In this document: positions 9,216 to 20,268 of the stretch, piece by piece
Layout: each line of letters starts with the position of its first letter
Numbering within the stretch: position 1 is the first letter of the stretch
DNA from: an uncultured Planctomycetaceae bacterium
Lineage (GTDB): Bacteria > Planctomycetota > Planctomycetia > Planctomycetales > Planctomycetaceae
DNA length: 57,793 bases
Direction: 5' to 3'
Assembly (NCBI GenBank): GCA_963976765.1
Contig: CAXBME010000027.1
Location: 62,001-119,793, forward strand
Position numbers and translations under genes: made by a program
Notes under the pieces: model-generated
Seen by the model: the letters and a program-made list of their open reading frames with translations, nothing else
Told to the model about the DNA's origin: nothing
The model's database searches: none

Positions 9216-10631
9216 ATGGGAAAATGGACAGGACGGGTCCTGACGACGCTGATCGTCCTTGCTGGCATAGGCGCGCTGGCCCTGGCGGCCCTTCATTGGG
9301 TTTCCAATGCGCCACAAGGCGCACTGGCGCACGAGGCCACTACCCGGAAGGAGATTCCGGCGATGGCGGTCGAATTGGTGAGCGTCCAGCGGGGCACGGT
9401 CGCCAAGACGCTGGAACTGACCGGCAATTTTCTTCCACGGCGGCGGACGATGGTGGTAGCCGAAGTCGATGGCATGATTCAATCCATTCCCCGGTCGCCG
9501 CGCAAAATCGAAGTCGAGATTGAGGGACGCAAGTATTCCGAAAACCTGGGCCTCGACCTCGGGCAGCCGGTCGCTCAGGATGACATTCTCATTCATCTCG
9601 ATCCTACGGAATACGAGTTGGAGTTGGCTGCCGCCAAAGCAAGCTGGCAGAAGGCCCAAAGGGATCTGGAGGACCTTCTCGCCTGGAAGAGGCCCGAAGA
9701 GATCCGCCGTCTGAAGGCGGCCCGCGAGGAGGCCCTGGCCCGTGAGGAACGCAACCAATCGGATTTCAAGCGGATGGAATCGCTGATTGACCAGCGGGCT
9801 ACTTCTCAGCAGGAATTTGGACGCGTGCGGGCAGAGCTTCGATCGGCACGGGCTGCGGTGGAACGGGCGGAAGCCGATCTGGCCGAAGCCGAAGCCGGAC
9901 CAACCGAGGCGCAGATTGCCGTGGCGCAGGCTCTGGTCAGCCAGGCCGAGGCGGAAGTGCGGATCAAGGAAGATCGCCTCAAAAAGACGGTGATCCGGGC
10001 ACCCTATGACGCGGTCATCGTAGACCGGTTCGTCGATGAGGGGGAACGGTTGACATCGCAGCCTCGCGTGGAACTGATGGAACTGATGGACTTGAGTCTC
10101 GTCGTTGTGCAAGTTGGCGTTCCGGAGCGTTACTTGGGGCGAGTCAAAATCGGGGATTGGGTACAGGTCGAGGCTGCGGGAGCCGTCGATCCCGTGCGCG
10201 GGCTGATTGTGCTCGTCAATGAAAAGGTAGACCACGAGACGCGGACGATTCGTGTCCGTGTGGCGGTTGAGAATCACGAACGGAAGTTCAACGCAGGGCA
10301 ATTCGTGAAGGTGGCGTTTGAGATCGACTCGGCGCCCGACGCTCTCGTTATCCCGACGCCAAGTCTCGTGTACTCCGGGGGGCAACCCCAGGTGTTCATT
10401 TACAACGCGGAATCTCAGCGAGTCTCACAGCGGGTCGTCCGCGTGGGACTGCAGGGAGACGGGATCACAGAAATCATTGATGGATTATCGGAGGGCGACC
10501 GCATCGTGCTCCAGGATCCTGCGGTGCTGGCTGACGGCATGCGGGTTCAATCCGGTGAATCAGAGCGACTCGTTTCGCATCGGGACCAGGAGCAAGTATT
10601 GGCCGCCGGTGTGCCGGGAGGGAGCCGCTGA
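9216..10631 (+). CDS. RND/HlyD-type periplasmic adaptor
   Basis: N-terminal TM, long coiled coil, IRAPYDAVI, VDHETRTIRVRV. Confidence 0.92.
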   Translation: MGKWTGRVLTTLIVLAGIGALALAALHWVSNAPQGALAHEATTRKEIPAMAVELVSVQRGTVAKTLELTGNFLPRRRTMVVAEVDGMIQSIPRSPRKIEVEIEGRKYSENLGLDLGQPVAQDDILIHLDPTEYELELAAAKASWQKAQRDLEDLLAWKRPEEIRRLKAAREEALAREERNQSDFKRMESLIDQRATSQQEFGRVRAELRSARAAVERAEADLAEAEAGPTEAQIAVAQALVSQAEAEVRIKEDRLKKTVIRAPYDAVIVDRFVDEGERLTSQPRVELMELMDLSLVVVQVGVPERYLGRVKIGDWVQVEAAGAVDPVRGLIVLVNEKVDHETRTIRVRVAVENHERKFNAGQFVKVAFEIDSAPDALVIPTPSLVYSGGQPQVFIYNAESQRVSQRVVRVGLQGDGITEIIDGLSEGDRIVLQDPAVLADGMRVQSGESERLVSHRDQEQVLAAGVPGGSR

Positions 10632-13600
10632 TGAAGATTTCCGAAATTTCAATCAGGCAGCCCGTCTTTTCGACGATGGTCGTCGCCGCAATGGTCGTGT
10701 TCGGCCTCGTGGCGTACAGCCGAATCGGCGTGGACCTGTTTCCCAGCGTCGATTTTCCGATCGTTACGGTCTCGGTGTTCTATGAAGGTTCCGATCCGGA
10801 AACCATCGAAACGGATGTCACCGAGCCGATCGAGGAGGCGGTCAATACGATCAGCGGCATCAAGTCGCTGCGCAGCGAGAGCGTGACTGGCTTGTCGATG
10901 ACGTTTGTTGAGTTTGAATTGGGGAGGAACATCGACATTGCCGCCCAGGATGTGCGGGATAAAGTCGCGGCGATCCGGGCTGACCTGCCGAAGGGGATCG
11001 ACCCCCCGGTCGTCGAGAAGTTCGACCCCGATTCGGCCCCGATCATGTCGATTACGCTGGCGGGGACGGATTCGATCCGCGAGCTGACGCAATACGCGGA
11101 CAATGTGATCAAACCCCAGATTGAAGGCGTGGACGGTGTCGGTGCCGTGGAAGTCGTGGGAGGCCGCGACCGCGAAATCCGCATCTGGCTGCGCGTGGAC
11201 GATCTGCGCGGTTATGCCTTGACAGCTTCGGACGTGGTGGAGGCGATCGAAAAGGAGAATGTCGAGTATCCAGGCGGTCGCGTCGAGACAAACGCTCGCG
11301 AATTGGTCGTCAAGACCAAGGGACGCATCGAAAGGCCTGCGGACTTCGAGAACATTGTCGTGGCGCATCGTCAGGGAACGCCCATTCGCCTGAAGGACGT
11401 TGCCACGGTTGAAGACGGAATGGAAGACTTCCGCAGTCTGTCACGACTCAACAGTCAGCGGGCAGTCTCCCTGCAAGTCCGCCGACAGTCGGGTGAGAAT
11501 ATGCTGGCGGTCGCCACGGAGGTGAAGAAACGGCTGGCCAACGTCGAATCCAACCTCCCCGACCGGTACGAGCTGACGATGACACAGGATTTGTCTCTGT
11601 TCGTGGCAGACAGTGTCAACGAAGCCCAGGGCGAACTGCTGCGGGGTGGCGTTCTGGCCGTATTGGTGATTCTGCTGTTCCTGCGGAGTTGGCGCGGCGC
11701 CTTCGTGGCGGCCGTCACCATTCCGACGACGATCGTCACCACGTATGCCTTCATGCTCGCCTTTGGCTTCACTCTAAATATGATGTCGCTTCTGGCGTTG
11801 AGCATCTCGGTCGGCATGGTCATCGACGACTCCATCGTTGTGCTGGAGAATGCGTTTCGGCACATGGAGCAGGGGAAGTCCCGCGTCGAGGCTGCCATCG
11901 CCGGCATGAAGGAAATTGGCTTTGCAGTCATCGCGACCTCGCTCGCCATTGTGGCCGTGTTCATCCCGGTCGCGTTCATGGATGGGCTGGTCGGGCGATT
12001 CTTCTACGAGTTCGGGATGACCGTCACATTCGCGGTGGTGGTTTCGACGTTCATCGCCGTCTGGCTTTCGCCGATGCTCTGTTCGCGGGTGCTGAAAGTC
12101 ACCCCTCAACACGGGCGACTATTCAATGTCGTGGAACGATTCTTCACGGGCATGGAATGGCTGTACGGCGCGACGCTCCGGTTTGCGTTGCGGCGCCGCT
12201 GGTTGGTATCGGCCCTGGCAATCGGTGTGTTCGCTGGCAGCATCATGCTCCTGCCCTTGATCGGGACCGAGTTCTCGCCCTCGCAGGACGAGGGGCAGTT
12301 CAACGTGCAGGTCGAGACGCCGCTCGGCTCGTCCATTGATCGAACCAGCCGGATTCTCGAAGAAGTGGAGCGTCGGCTGTGGGAACTGCCGAACGTCGCG
12401 AACCTGTACACGACCATTGGAGCCGGCCAGGAAGGCCGGGTGAATTACGGCATGATTCTGGTCCAACTCCCGGACAAGTCGGAGCGGACGCTCAGCCAGC
12501 ATGAAATCATGGCAATGGCCCGACAAAGTGTGGAGGATCTCGGCCACTCCAAAATCAGCGTCGAATACATCCCGCGGGTTTCGGGGGGCGGATTCCGTTC
12601 GGCGCCGCTGCAATACAACCTGCGCGGGACGGATATCGCTCAGCTTGAAAAGACGGCCTTGCAGGTCACGCAACGGATGCGAGAGGTTCCCGGCATTGTG
12701 GACGTTAACCTGACGTATGACTCCAGCAAGCCGGAGGTGGCGATCCTGCCCGACCGCGACCGGGCGGCCGATCTGGGCATCGACATCGAAAAACTGGGAC
12801 GGGCCGTCCAGACGCTCGTGGGCGGTCGGCCGGTCAGCACATTCGAGGAAGGGGGCGAGAGCTTCGACGTCCGCGTGCGCCTGGCGGAAGGCGATCGCGA
12901 CCGCTCCGAGGCGATTGCGGCGCTGCCCGTGCGAACCCGGGGTGGACGTTTGGTTGAATTCCGTCAACTCGCTGACGTCGAGGAAGGCACCGGCCCGGTG
13001 CAGATCGACCGGCAGAACCGGCAGCGACAAGTCACCATCATGGCCAACCTGGAGGGTTTTAAGCCGCTTGGGGCCGCCATGACGGACGTGCTGTCCATTG
13101 AACGCGAAATCGGGCTTCCGCCGGGAGTGGTCAGTGCATTCACCGGTGCTGGCGACATGATGGCCGAATCGTTCGCCAGTATCATTTTCTCGCTCCTTCT
13201 GGCGATCGTCCTGATCTACATGGTGCTGGCGTCCCAATTCGAGAGCTTCATTCACCCCGTCACCATCATGATTTCGGTGCCGTTGTCGATCGGAGGCGCA
13301 CTGGGTGCCCTGGTGCTCACCGGGCTGACTCTGAACATCTACAGCATGATCGGCATGGTGATGCTGATGGGACTGGTGACCAAAAACGCCATCCTGCTGG
13401 TGGACTACACGAACCTGCTCCGCCGCGAGCATGGAATGGAGAAGAACCAAGCGCTGTTAACGGCGGGGCCAGTGCGGCTCCGCCCGATTCTGATGACCGC
13501 CTTTTCCACCATCGCCGGCATGATCCCGATTGCGATCGGCCTGGGGGCTGGATCGGAGACCCGCCAGCCATTAGGTGCCTGCGTGATCGGAGGAATGCTC

Positions 13601-13819
13601 ACATCGACGCTGCTGACGCTGGTGGTCATCCCGGTGGTGTACAGCCTGATGGATGACCTAAGCGGCGGTGTGCGACGCCTCCTGGGAGGTCCAGCCCAGC
13701 AGGACGAGGAAGCCAAACCGATTCATCTGGCAGACCAGGAAGTCGAAGAAGAGTGTGAAGAGGAAGAGCCGCAGGTAGCGGCCGCAATGGAATCGCTTGA
13801 GACGGCCAAAGCAAGCTGA
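10631..13819 (+). CDS. RND efflux permease (AcrB/AcrD/AcrF family)
   Basis: 1062 aa; VGMVIDDSIVVLEN, KNAILLVDY and RLRPILMT motifs. Confidence 0.96.
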   Translation: MKISEISIRQPVFSTMVVAAMVVFGLVAYSRIGVDLFPSVDFPIVTVSVFYEGSDPETIETDVTEPIEEAVNTISGIKSLRSESVTGLSMTFVEFELGRNIDIAAQDVRDKVAAIRADLPKGIDPPVVEKFDPDSAPIMSITLAGTDSIRELTQYADNVIKPQIEGVDGVGAVEVVGGRDREIRIWLRVDDLRGYALTASDVVEAIEKENVEYPGGRVETNARELVVKTKGRIERPADFENIVVAHRQGTPIRLKDVATVEDGMEDFRSLSRLNSQRAVSLQVRRQSGENMLAVATEVKKRLANVESNLPDRYELTMTQDLSLFVADSVNEAQGELLRGGVLAVLVILLFLRSWRGAFVAAVTIPTTIVTTYAFMLAFGFTLNMMSLLALSISVGMVIDDSIVVLENAFRHMEQGKSRVEAAIAGMKEIGFAVIATSLAIVAVFIPVAFMDGLVGRFFYEFGMTVTFAVVVSTFIAVWLSPMLCSRVLKVTPQHGRLFNVVERFFTGMEWLYGATLRFALRRRWLVSALAIGVFAGSIMLLPLIGTEFSPSQDEGQFNVQVETPLGSSIDRTSRILEEVERRLWELPNVANLYTTIGAGQEGRVNYGMILVQLPDKSERTLSQHEIMAMARQSVEDLGHSKISVEYIPRVSGGGFRSAPLQYNLRGTDIAQLEKTALQVTQRMREVPGIVDVNLTYDSSKPEVAILPDRDRAADLGIDIEKLGRAVQTLVGGRPVSTFEEGGESFDVRVRLAEGDRDRSEAIAALPVRTRGGRLVEFRQLADVEEGTGPVQIDRQNRQRQVTIMANLEGFKPLGAAMTDVLSIEREIGLPPGVVSAFTGAGDMMAESFASIIFSLLLAIVLIYMVLASQFESFIHPVTIMISVPLSIGGALGALVLTGLTLNIYSMIGMVMLMGLVTKNAILLVDYTNLLRREHGMEKNQALLTAGPVRLRPILMTAFSTIAGMIPIAIGLGAGSETRQPLGACVIGGMLTSTLLTLVVIPVVYSLMDDLSGGVRRLLGGPAQQDEEAKPIHLADQEVEEECEEEEPQVAAAMESLETAKAS

Positions 13820-13923
13820 TGCGGCGCAGTACGTCGCATGGTCGGTGAGGAGGCGCCTCTTCTTCGGCGGGGCACTACTCTGGTTCGATGTTCGACCGAT
13901 TGGAAGGTTTCAAGGTATGACGA

Positions 13924-14160
13924 ATGAGTCCTGACGAACTCAAAATCCTACTGACCTCGATGGAGGTAACGGCCGAGGTGGTCGAAGCCATCGATGCGCC
14001 AGCCCTCCAAAGTCTCCGAGGATGGGATTTGAGGGGCTGGAACTATGTGCTGGTCCCGTGGGGCGTCCGGTTCACGCATAGCGCTTTCGCCGAGGAAATC
14101 GATGTCAGAATCGAAGTCTTCCCAGAGCACCGTGGCAATAGTGGGGAAGGTGAGGCATGA
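13924..14160 (+). CDS. Hypothetical protein
   Basis: 78-aa ORF with protein-like composition; no recognisable motif. Confidence 0.35.
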   Translation: MSPDELKILLTSMEVTAEVVEAIDAPALQSLRGWDLRGWNYVLVPWGVRFTHSAFAEEIDVRIEVFPEHRGNSGEGEA

Positions 14161-14266
14161 TCCCGAAGCGTGTGCTTCACAAGGGTGAACCGGGCCGCAA
14201 GAACACTAAAAGTTGACGGCGAAGAGGATTTTGTGCAATGGTCGATCCGGAAAGGAGGCCCTTGGG

Positions 14267-14704
14267 ATGACTCGTGTCGGAGTATGTGCTGCATTGCGCT
14301 CGCCGCTTGTGTTCGCAGGGAGACTGTTTGCGCGGTTGAATCGGCGAGCGTTAAACGCCAAAGCACTGGCGCGCGTCACCTCGTGCGGAGGTCGCATCGC
14401 CGTCTCATATCCGTCTGACGGGCGCACCCTGCCGGTCGTGTTCGGACTTAACGGCGGGCAGATGTTCGACCCAAACGCAAGGATTCACATCTGGCTTCCT
14501 GCCTTGTCAGACGCCCAATGGAGCGAACTCAAGCCCTGTTTGCAGTCGCTGGCGACGCTAACTTCGTTACAGATTGGGGGAAGGCATGTCGCCGGCATTG
14601 TTTGCTCAAGCAACCCATGTGAGTGGATGAGTACAAATGAGGCAAATGTCGGTTGCTGGGATTCGCCGTTGATGGAACCACTCCTGGTTGGCGCGGCGGA
14701 GTGA
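14267..14704 (+). CDS. Hypothetical protein
   Basis: RBS AAAGGAGG before ATG 14267; ends just before the HlyD gene. Confidence 0.45.
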   Translation: MTRVGVCAALRSPLVFAGRLFARLNRRALNAKALARVTSCGGRIAVSYPSDGRTLPVVFGLNGGQMFDPNARIHIWLPALSDAQWSELKPCLQSLATLTSLQIGGRHVAGIVCSSNPCEWMSTNEANVGCWDSPLMEPLLVGAAE

Positions 14705-14716
14705 AGAGGCGACCCG

Positions 14717-15802
14717 ATGAAAAACAATTGGAACAAGAAATGGCCGTGGCTGCTCTTTGGTCTGGCGATTGCCGCCGGGGGATACGCCGGATATGTGGCC
14801 TGGTTCGCCGGGGATCGGATGGACCTGGGGGCGGGATTTGCGAGCGCCAACGGTCGCATCGAGGGAGTCGAAATCGACGTGGCGGCGAAGACGGCCGGGC
14901 GCGTGACAGCCTTGCTGGTGGACGAGGGAGAGTTCGTCAAGGCCGGCGACGTACTGGCGCGCATGGATACCGCCGTCCTCGAGGCTCAACTGCGGGAGGC
15001 TCAGGCGCAACTCCGGCAGGCGAAGAGTTCGGTCGCCGTTGCACACAGCCAGGTGACTCAGCGGGAAAGCGAAAAAGCGGCAGCGGACGCGGTGGTCGCC
15101 CAACGTGAGGTTGAACGCGACGTGGCGAAAAAACGGGTTGAGCGAACGGAATCCCTGGCGAAGCAGAATGCCACGAGCGAGCAGCAACTCGACGACGACC
15201 GGGCGGGCGATCATGGGGCAGTGGCGGCATTGAATGCGGCAAAAGCCCAGGTCGCGGCGGCGGAAGCGGCCATTCTCACCGCGAATTCCCAGGTCATCGG
15301 AGCGGAAGCTTCCGGGGAAGCGCAGCAGGCCGCGATCGACCGGATTCAGGCCGACATTGACGACAGCGAGCTCAAGGCGCCCCGCGACGGCCGCGTGCAA
15401 TATCGGGTGGCTCAGCCTGGTGAGGTGCTCAATCCCGGTGGGATCGTCTTGAATCTGCTGGATGTCGGCGACGTGTACATGACGTTCTTCCTGCCTACGG
15501 CCGAGGCCGGCCGGGTCGCGATGGGGTCTGAAGTCCGGTTGGTGCTCGACGCCGCTCCCCAGTATGTCATTCCCGCCAAGGTCTCCTTTGTGGCCGATGT
15601 CGCCCAGTTCACACCCAAGACGGTGGAGACGGCGGAAGAGCGCCAGAAGTTGATGTTTCGCGTCAAAGCCAAGATCGCCCCCGAGATGCTTCAGCAATAT
15701 ATCCGTAGCGTGAAAACCGGCCTGCCGGGAATGGCCTATGTTCGCCTCGACGAGCAGGCTCCCTGGCCAGTCTGGTTGCAGATCAGACTGCCCGACCGAT
15801 GA
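14717..15802 (+). CDS. yhiI: HlyD-family membrane fusion protein (YhiI-like)
   Basis: [37 protein letters not shown]; upstream of rbbA. Confidence 0.9.
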   Translation: MKNNWNKKWPWLLFGLAIAAGGYAGYVAWFAGDRMDLGAGFASANGRIEGVEIDVAAKTAGRVTALLVDEGEFVKAGDVLARMDTAVLEAQLREAQAQLRQAKSSVAVAHSQVTQRESEKAAADAVVAQREVERDVAKKRVERTESLAKQNATSEQQLDDDRAGDHGAVAALNAAKAQVAAAEAAILTANSQVIGAEASGEAQQAAIDRIQADIDDSELKAPRDGRVQYRVAQPGEVLNPGGIVLNLLDVGDVYMTFFLPTAEAGRVAMGSEVRLVLDAAPQYVIPAKVSFVADVAQFTPKTVETAEERQKLMFRVKAKIAPEMLQQYIRSVKTGLPGMAYVRLDEQAPWPVWLQIRLPDR

Positions 15803-18591
15803 GCACCGATTCGTTTCGCCTGGATTCCAACGCCGTTGATTCGCGCCCGGTGGTGCGCGTATGGGACGTCGCTTTGCGGTATGGCAAGACGGTGGCGCTG
15901 GATACCGTCAACGTTGAAGTGAGGGCGGGAACCCTCGTTGGGCTGATCGGTCCCGATGGAGTCGGCAAATCCAGCCTCTTGTCGCTGATTGCCGGTGCGC
16001 GAGCGGTCCAAGCCGGGAAGGTCGAAGTCCTCGATGGGGACATGAGCGACGCCCGGCACCGCCGCGCCGTCGCTCCGCGCATCGCCTACATGCCCCAGGG
16101 CTTGGGAAAAAACCTCTATCCCACGCTGTCCGTGTTCGAGAACATCGACTTTTTCGGTCGATTGTTCGGCCACGGCCGAAGCGAGCGCGAGCGGCGGATC
16201 GGAGACCTCTTGCAAAGCACCGGTCTGGCCCCATTCGCCCATCGGCCGGCAGGCAATCTCTCGGGAGGCATGAAGCAAAAGCTCGGCCTGTGTTGCGCGC
16301 TCATTCATGATCCCGATGTCTTGATCCTGGACGAACCCACCACCGGCGTCGATCCGCTGTCGCGACGTGAATTCTGGAAACTCATCGGGCAAATCCGCTC
16401 CGGCAGGCCGGGGATGAGCATCCTTGTCGCGACCGCGTACATGGAGGAGGCGGAAGAATTCGACCAGCTCGTGGCGATGGACGCCGGTCGGGTGCTCGAC
16501 ACCGGCTCCCCTGGAGAACTCCTGCGGCGAACGGGCGCGGCATCAATGGAGTCGGCCTTTATCGCCCTGCTCCCCGAAGAGAAACGCCGCAGTCACCGGA
16601 TCGTCGAAATCCCTCCGCGCGATGAAACGGACGACCAGGTCGCCATCAAGGCTGAGAACCTGACCAAGCGCTTTGGGAACTTCGTCGCCGTCGATCACGT
16701 CAACTTCGAAATCCGCCGCGGCGAGATCTTCGGTTTCCTCGGGTCGAACGGCTGCGGCAAGACGACGACAATGAAAATGCTCACGGGACTGCTGCCGGCC
16801 AGCGAAGGGGAGGCCTGGCTGTTCGGCCAGCCTGTCGACCCCCGTGACCTCGAAACGCGCCGCCGCGTGGGCTACATGTCCCAGTCCTTCTCTCTCTATT
16901 CCGAATTGACAGTCCGCCAGAACCTCAAACTGCACGCCAGACTGTTCCGGTTGCCCGCGGACGAGATACCCGTTCGCGTGCAGGGGATGATCGAACGCTT
17001 TGATCTGGCTACGGTCGCGGACGTGCTCCCGAACAATCTCCCCCTTGGCCAGCGTCAGCGACTTTCTCTGGCGGTGGCGCTGATCCATCAGCCTGAGCTA
17101 CTGATCCTTGACGAGCCAACTTCGGGCGTCGATCCGGTGGCTCGGGACGGCTTCTGGCAGACGCTGGTCGAGCTCGCCCGTCGGGATGGAGTCACGATCT
17201 TCATCTCGACCCACTTGATGAACGAAGCCGAGCGCTGCGACCGCATCTCGCTGATGCATGCTGGCCGCGTCCTCGTCAGCGATACTCCGGCGGCGCTGAT
17301 CGAAAAACGCGGCGCTGAATCACTCAACGATGCGTTCATCCGGTATCTGGAGGATGCCCTCCAGGAGGAGACGGCCAGCGGCGCCGAAGCAACGGCGACT
17401 GGCCTTTCGACGGGTCCTTCCGCACGCCAGGCACATCACGGACCCCAAGGCCCCCGTCTGAGTCGCTTCGATTTTCGGCGGATGTTCAGTTTCGCCCGCC
17501 GCGAGGCGCTGGAACTGCGCCGAGATCCGATCCGGGGCACGCTGGCCCTGCTCGGCAGCGTGATTCTCATGTTCGTCATGGGCTACGGCATCAGCCTCGA
17601 CGTGGAAGACCTCGCCTTCGCTGTCCTTGATCGCGATCAGACCACGACCAGCCGCGATTACGTGCTGAACCTGGCCGGTTCCCGCTACTTCATCGAACAC
17701 GAACCGATCAGCGACTATGCCGATCTCGATCGGCGGATGCGCTCCGACGAGTTGAGCCTGGCCCTTGAGATTCCTCCTGGGTTTGCCCGCGATCTGGCCC
17801 GCGGCCGCCAGGTGCAGATCGGCGTCTGGGTCAACGGAGCCATGCCCCAGCGCGCCGAGACCGTCCGCAGCTACGTTCAGGGGATGCATGCCCACTGGCT
17901 TTCCCAGCAAGGGTCGCAAACGCCCTGGCGTACGGCGGGGGGCCGTCTGGCCAATATCGAGACGCGCTTTCGCTACAACCCGGACATCAAGAGCCTAGTG
18001 GCGATGGTTCCGGCGGTCATTCCCCTGTTGCTGATGCTGATCCCCGCGATGCTTACGGCGCTCAGCGTGGTGCGTGAGAAGGAACTGGGCTCGATCATCA
18101 ACTTCTATGTGACGCCGGCGACCCGGCTGGAGTTCCTGATCGGCAAGCAACTCCCCTACATCGCGCTGGCCATGCTCAACTTCCTGCTCCTGGTCCTGCT
18201 GGCGGTGACCGTCTTCGGCGTGCCGCTGACGGGGAGCTTCCTGACACTGGCGACCGGGACGTTGTTGTACGTCTCCGCCGCCACTGCCGTGGGGCTGCTG
18301 ATTTCCACCTTCATGCGCAGCCAGATCGCCGCCATCTTCGGCACTGCCGTGCTGACCATCCTCCCCGCAACGGAATACTCGGGGATCATCGACCCGGTGT
18401 CCTCGTTGGAGGGAACCGGCAGGATCATTGGAGAACTGTATCCCACCACGCATTACGTGACGATTTCCCGCGGCGCCTTCTCGAAGGCACTGGATTTTTC
18501 CGACCTGGCGGTGTCATTCATCCCGCTGTTGTTGGCTGCGCCGATTCTGCTGGTGTTGACTGCGGTGCTGCTCCGCAAGCAGGAGCATTGA
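15799..18591 (+). CDS. rbbA: RbbA-type ABC protein (two ATPase domains fused to an ABC-2 permease)
   Basis: Walker A GPDGVGKS and GSNGCGKT, two LDEPT motifs, [12 protein letters not shown]-terminal permease. Confidence 0.93.
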   Translation: MSTDSFRLDSNAVDSRPVVRVWDVALRYGKTVALDTVNVEVRAGTLVGLIGPDGVGKSSLLSLIAGARAVQAGKVEVLDGDMSDARHRRAVAPRIAYMPQGLGKNLYPTLSVFENIDFFGRLFGHGRSERERRIGDLLQSTGLAPFAHRPAGNLSGGMKQKLGLCCALIHDPDVLILDEPTTGVDPLSRREFWKLIGQIRSGRPGMSILVATAYMEEAEEFDQLVAMDAGRVLDTGSPGELLRRTGAASMESAFIALLPEEKRRSHRIVEIPPRDETDDQVAIKAENLTKRFGNFVAVDHVNFEIRRGEIFGFLGSNGCGKTTTMKMLTGLLPASEGEAWLFGQPVDPRDLETRRRVGYMSQSFSLYSELTVRQNLKLHARLFRLPADEIPVRVQGMIERFDLATVADVLPNNLPLGQRQRLSLAVALIHQPELLILDEPTSGVDPVARDGFWQTLVELARRDGVTIFISTHLMNEAERCDRISLMHAGRVLVSDTPAALIEKRGAESLNDAFIRYLEDALQEETASGAEATATGLSTGPSARQAHHGPQGPRLSRFDFRRMFSFARREALELRRDPIRGTLALLGSVILMFVMGYGISLDVEDLAFAVLDRDQTTTSRDYVLNLAGSRYFIEHEPISDYADLDRRMRSDELSLALEIPPGFARDLARGRQVQIGVWVNGAMPQRAETVRSYVQGMHAHWLSQQGSQTPWRTAGGRLANIETRFRYNPDIKSLVAMVPAVIPLLLMLIPAMLTALSVVREKELGSIINFYVTPATRLEFLIGKQLPYIALAMLNFLLLVLLAVTVFGVPLTGSFLTLATGTLLYVSAATAVGLLISTFMRSQIAAIFGTAVLTILPATEYSGIIDPVSSLEGTGRIIGELYPTTHYVTISRGAFSKALDFSDLAVSFIPLLLAAPILLVLTAVLLRKQEH

Positions 18592-18594
18592 GCC

Positions 18595-19716
18595 ATGCGC
18601 GCCGCCAACATCTTCCATCTGGGCATCAAGGAGCTGCGCAGCCTATGGCGCGACCCAATCATGCTCGTGCTGATCGTCTACGCCTTCACGCTGTCGATTT
18701 ATACGAGAGCCACCGCCATCCCCGAGACGTTGAACAAGGCTCCTATCGCCATTGTCGACGAGGACCGCTCCCCCCTGTCGGCACGCATCGCCAGCGCCTT
18801 CTATCCTCCCTACTTTCTGCCGCCGGAACTGATCACGCAGGCCGAGATGGATGCCCGCATGGACGCTGGCCTGGATACCTTCGCACTCGTGATTCCGCCC
18901 GAGTTCCAAAGGGACCTGCTCGCCGGACGCCGACCCGCCATCCAGCTCAATGTCGATGCCACGCGCATGAGCCAGGCGTTTGTCGGCAGCGGTTATATCC
19001 AGACGATCATCACCGATGAGGTCCGCACTTTCGCCCAGCGGTATCGCGACGCGACCGCTCCTCCCGTAGACCTCGCCTTGCGGGTACGCTTCAATCCCAC
19101 TCTGAACAAATCCTGGTTTGCGGCCGTGATGCAGGTCATCAACAACATCACCATGCTCTCGATCGTGCTCACCGGGGCGGCCCTCATTCGCGAACGTGAA
19201 CATGGAACGGTCGAGCATCTGCTGGTGATGCCGGTGACCCCCTTCGAGATCATGACCAGCAAGGTCTGGGCGATCGCGCTGGTGGTGCTGGTCGCCAGCA
19301 GCATTTCCTTGACTGCCGTAGTGCAGGGGATGCTCGCGGTTCCGCTCCAGGGATCGTTCGCACTCTTTCTGGCGGGAACCGCGCTTCACCTGTTCGCCAC
19401 TACGTCGATGGGCATCTTCCTGGGCACACTGGCGCGGTCGATGCCGCAGTTCGGCCTGCTGTTGATGCTCATCCTCCTGCCGCTACAGATGCTTTCCGGT
19501 GCAACCACGCCGCGGGAGAGCATGCCGGAGATCGTGCAGCAGGTGATGCTGGCGGCGCCGAACACCCATTTCGTCATGCTCGCCCAGGCGATCCTGTACC
19601 GGGGTGCGGGGCTGGACGTTGTGTGGCCGCAATTCGTCGCCCTGGCGCTGATCGGCACGGTGCTGTTCAGCCTCGCGTTGTCGCGTTTCCGCAGGACGAT
19701 TGGCGAGAGTGTATAA
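18595..19716 (+). CDS. yhhJ: ABC-2 permease (YhhJ-like)
   Basis: LGIKELRSL, REREHGTVEHLLVMP, TPRESMP. Confidence 0.92.
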   Translation: MRAANIFHLGIKELRSLWRDPIMLVLIVYAFTLSIYTRATAIPETLNKAPIAIVDEDRSPLSARIASAFYPPYFLPPELITQAEMDARMDAGLDTFALVIPPEFQRDLLAGRRPAIQLNVDATRMSQAFVGSGYIQTIITDEVRTFAQRYRDATAPPVDLALRVRFNPTLNKSWFAAVMQVINNITMLSIVLTGAALIREREHGTVEHLLVMPVTPFEIMTSKVWAIALVVLVASSISLTAVVQGMLAVPLQGSFALFLAGTALHLFATTSMGIFLGTLARSMPQFGLLLMLILLPLQMLSGATTPRESMPEIVQQVMLAAPNTHFVMLAQAILYRGAGLDVVWPQFVALALIGTVLFSLALSRFRRTIGESV

Positions 19717-19769
19717 TACCATGCAGGCCGTGAGCTATCCTAGAAAAATGACGCCTGAAGGAAGTTCGG

Positions 19770-20188
19770 ATGGCGGTACCTGAACCAAAGTCGTCGCACC
19801 GTCGAGTTCGCGAATATGACGCGGCGCAGGACATTGGGTATGCGCTCACGCAAACGACTCGCGCTTACCAACAGGCCCTGAATGCTGAACTTGCGCCGTA
19901 TGGCGTCACTATCCGGCAGTCTCAGGTACTCGGCTGGCTTCGGAAGAAGGAGAACCTGTCGCAGTGTCAGCTAGCGCGTTTGCTCAGGATCGAGCCCGCA
20001 TTGCTGATCGGTCAGACCGCCGTCGAAAGCTGATTCGTCTCAATCATTGTGCGGAGGAAATCGGCGAGACGGTTGTGGAATGCTCGGCGCGAGTCTGTGC
20101 TCGCGCGGTACAAGGTTTGAGTCCGGAAGAGATCGACGCGCTTCGTGAATTGCTGAAACGAATCTTGGAGAATCTGGGCGAGCATTGA
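19770..20188 (+). pseudogene. MarR-family regulator with internal deletion and frameshift
   Basis: N-half (LSQCQLARLLRIEP) stops at 20033; C-half (DRRRKLIRL...LRELLKRILENL) is in another frame; the recognition-helix segment between them is missing. Confidence 0.8.
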
Positions 20189-20268
20189 AAAGAACGATAC
20201 TGCCTTCGATTCGATTGATCAGCCCGTCCAGATAGTCAGTGCCGGAACGGAAAGAACAGCGTAGTCAG

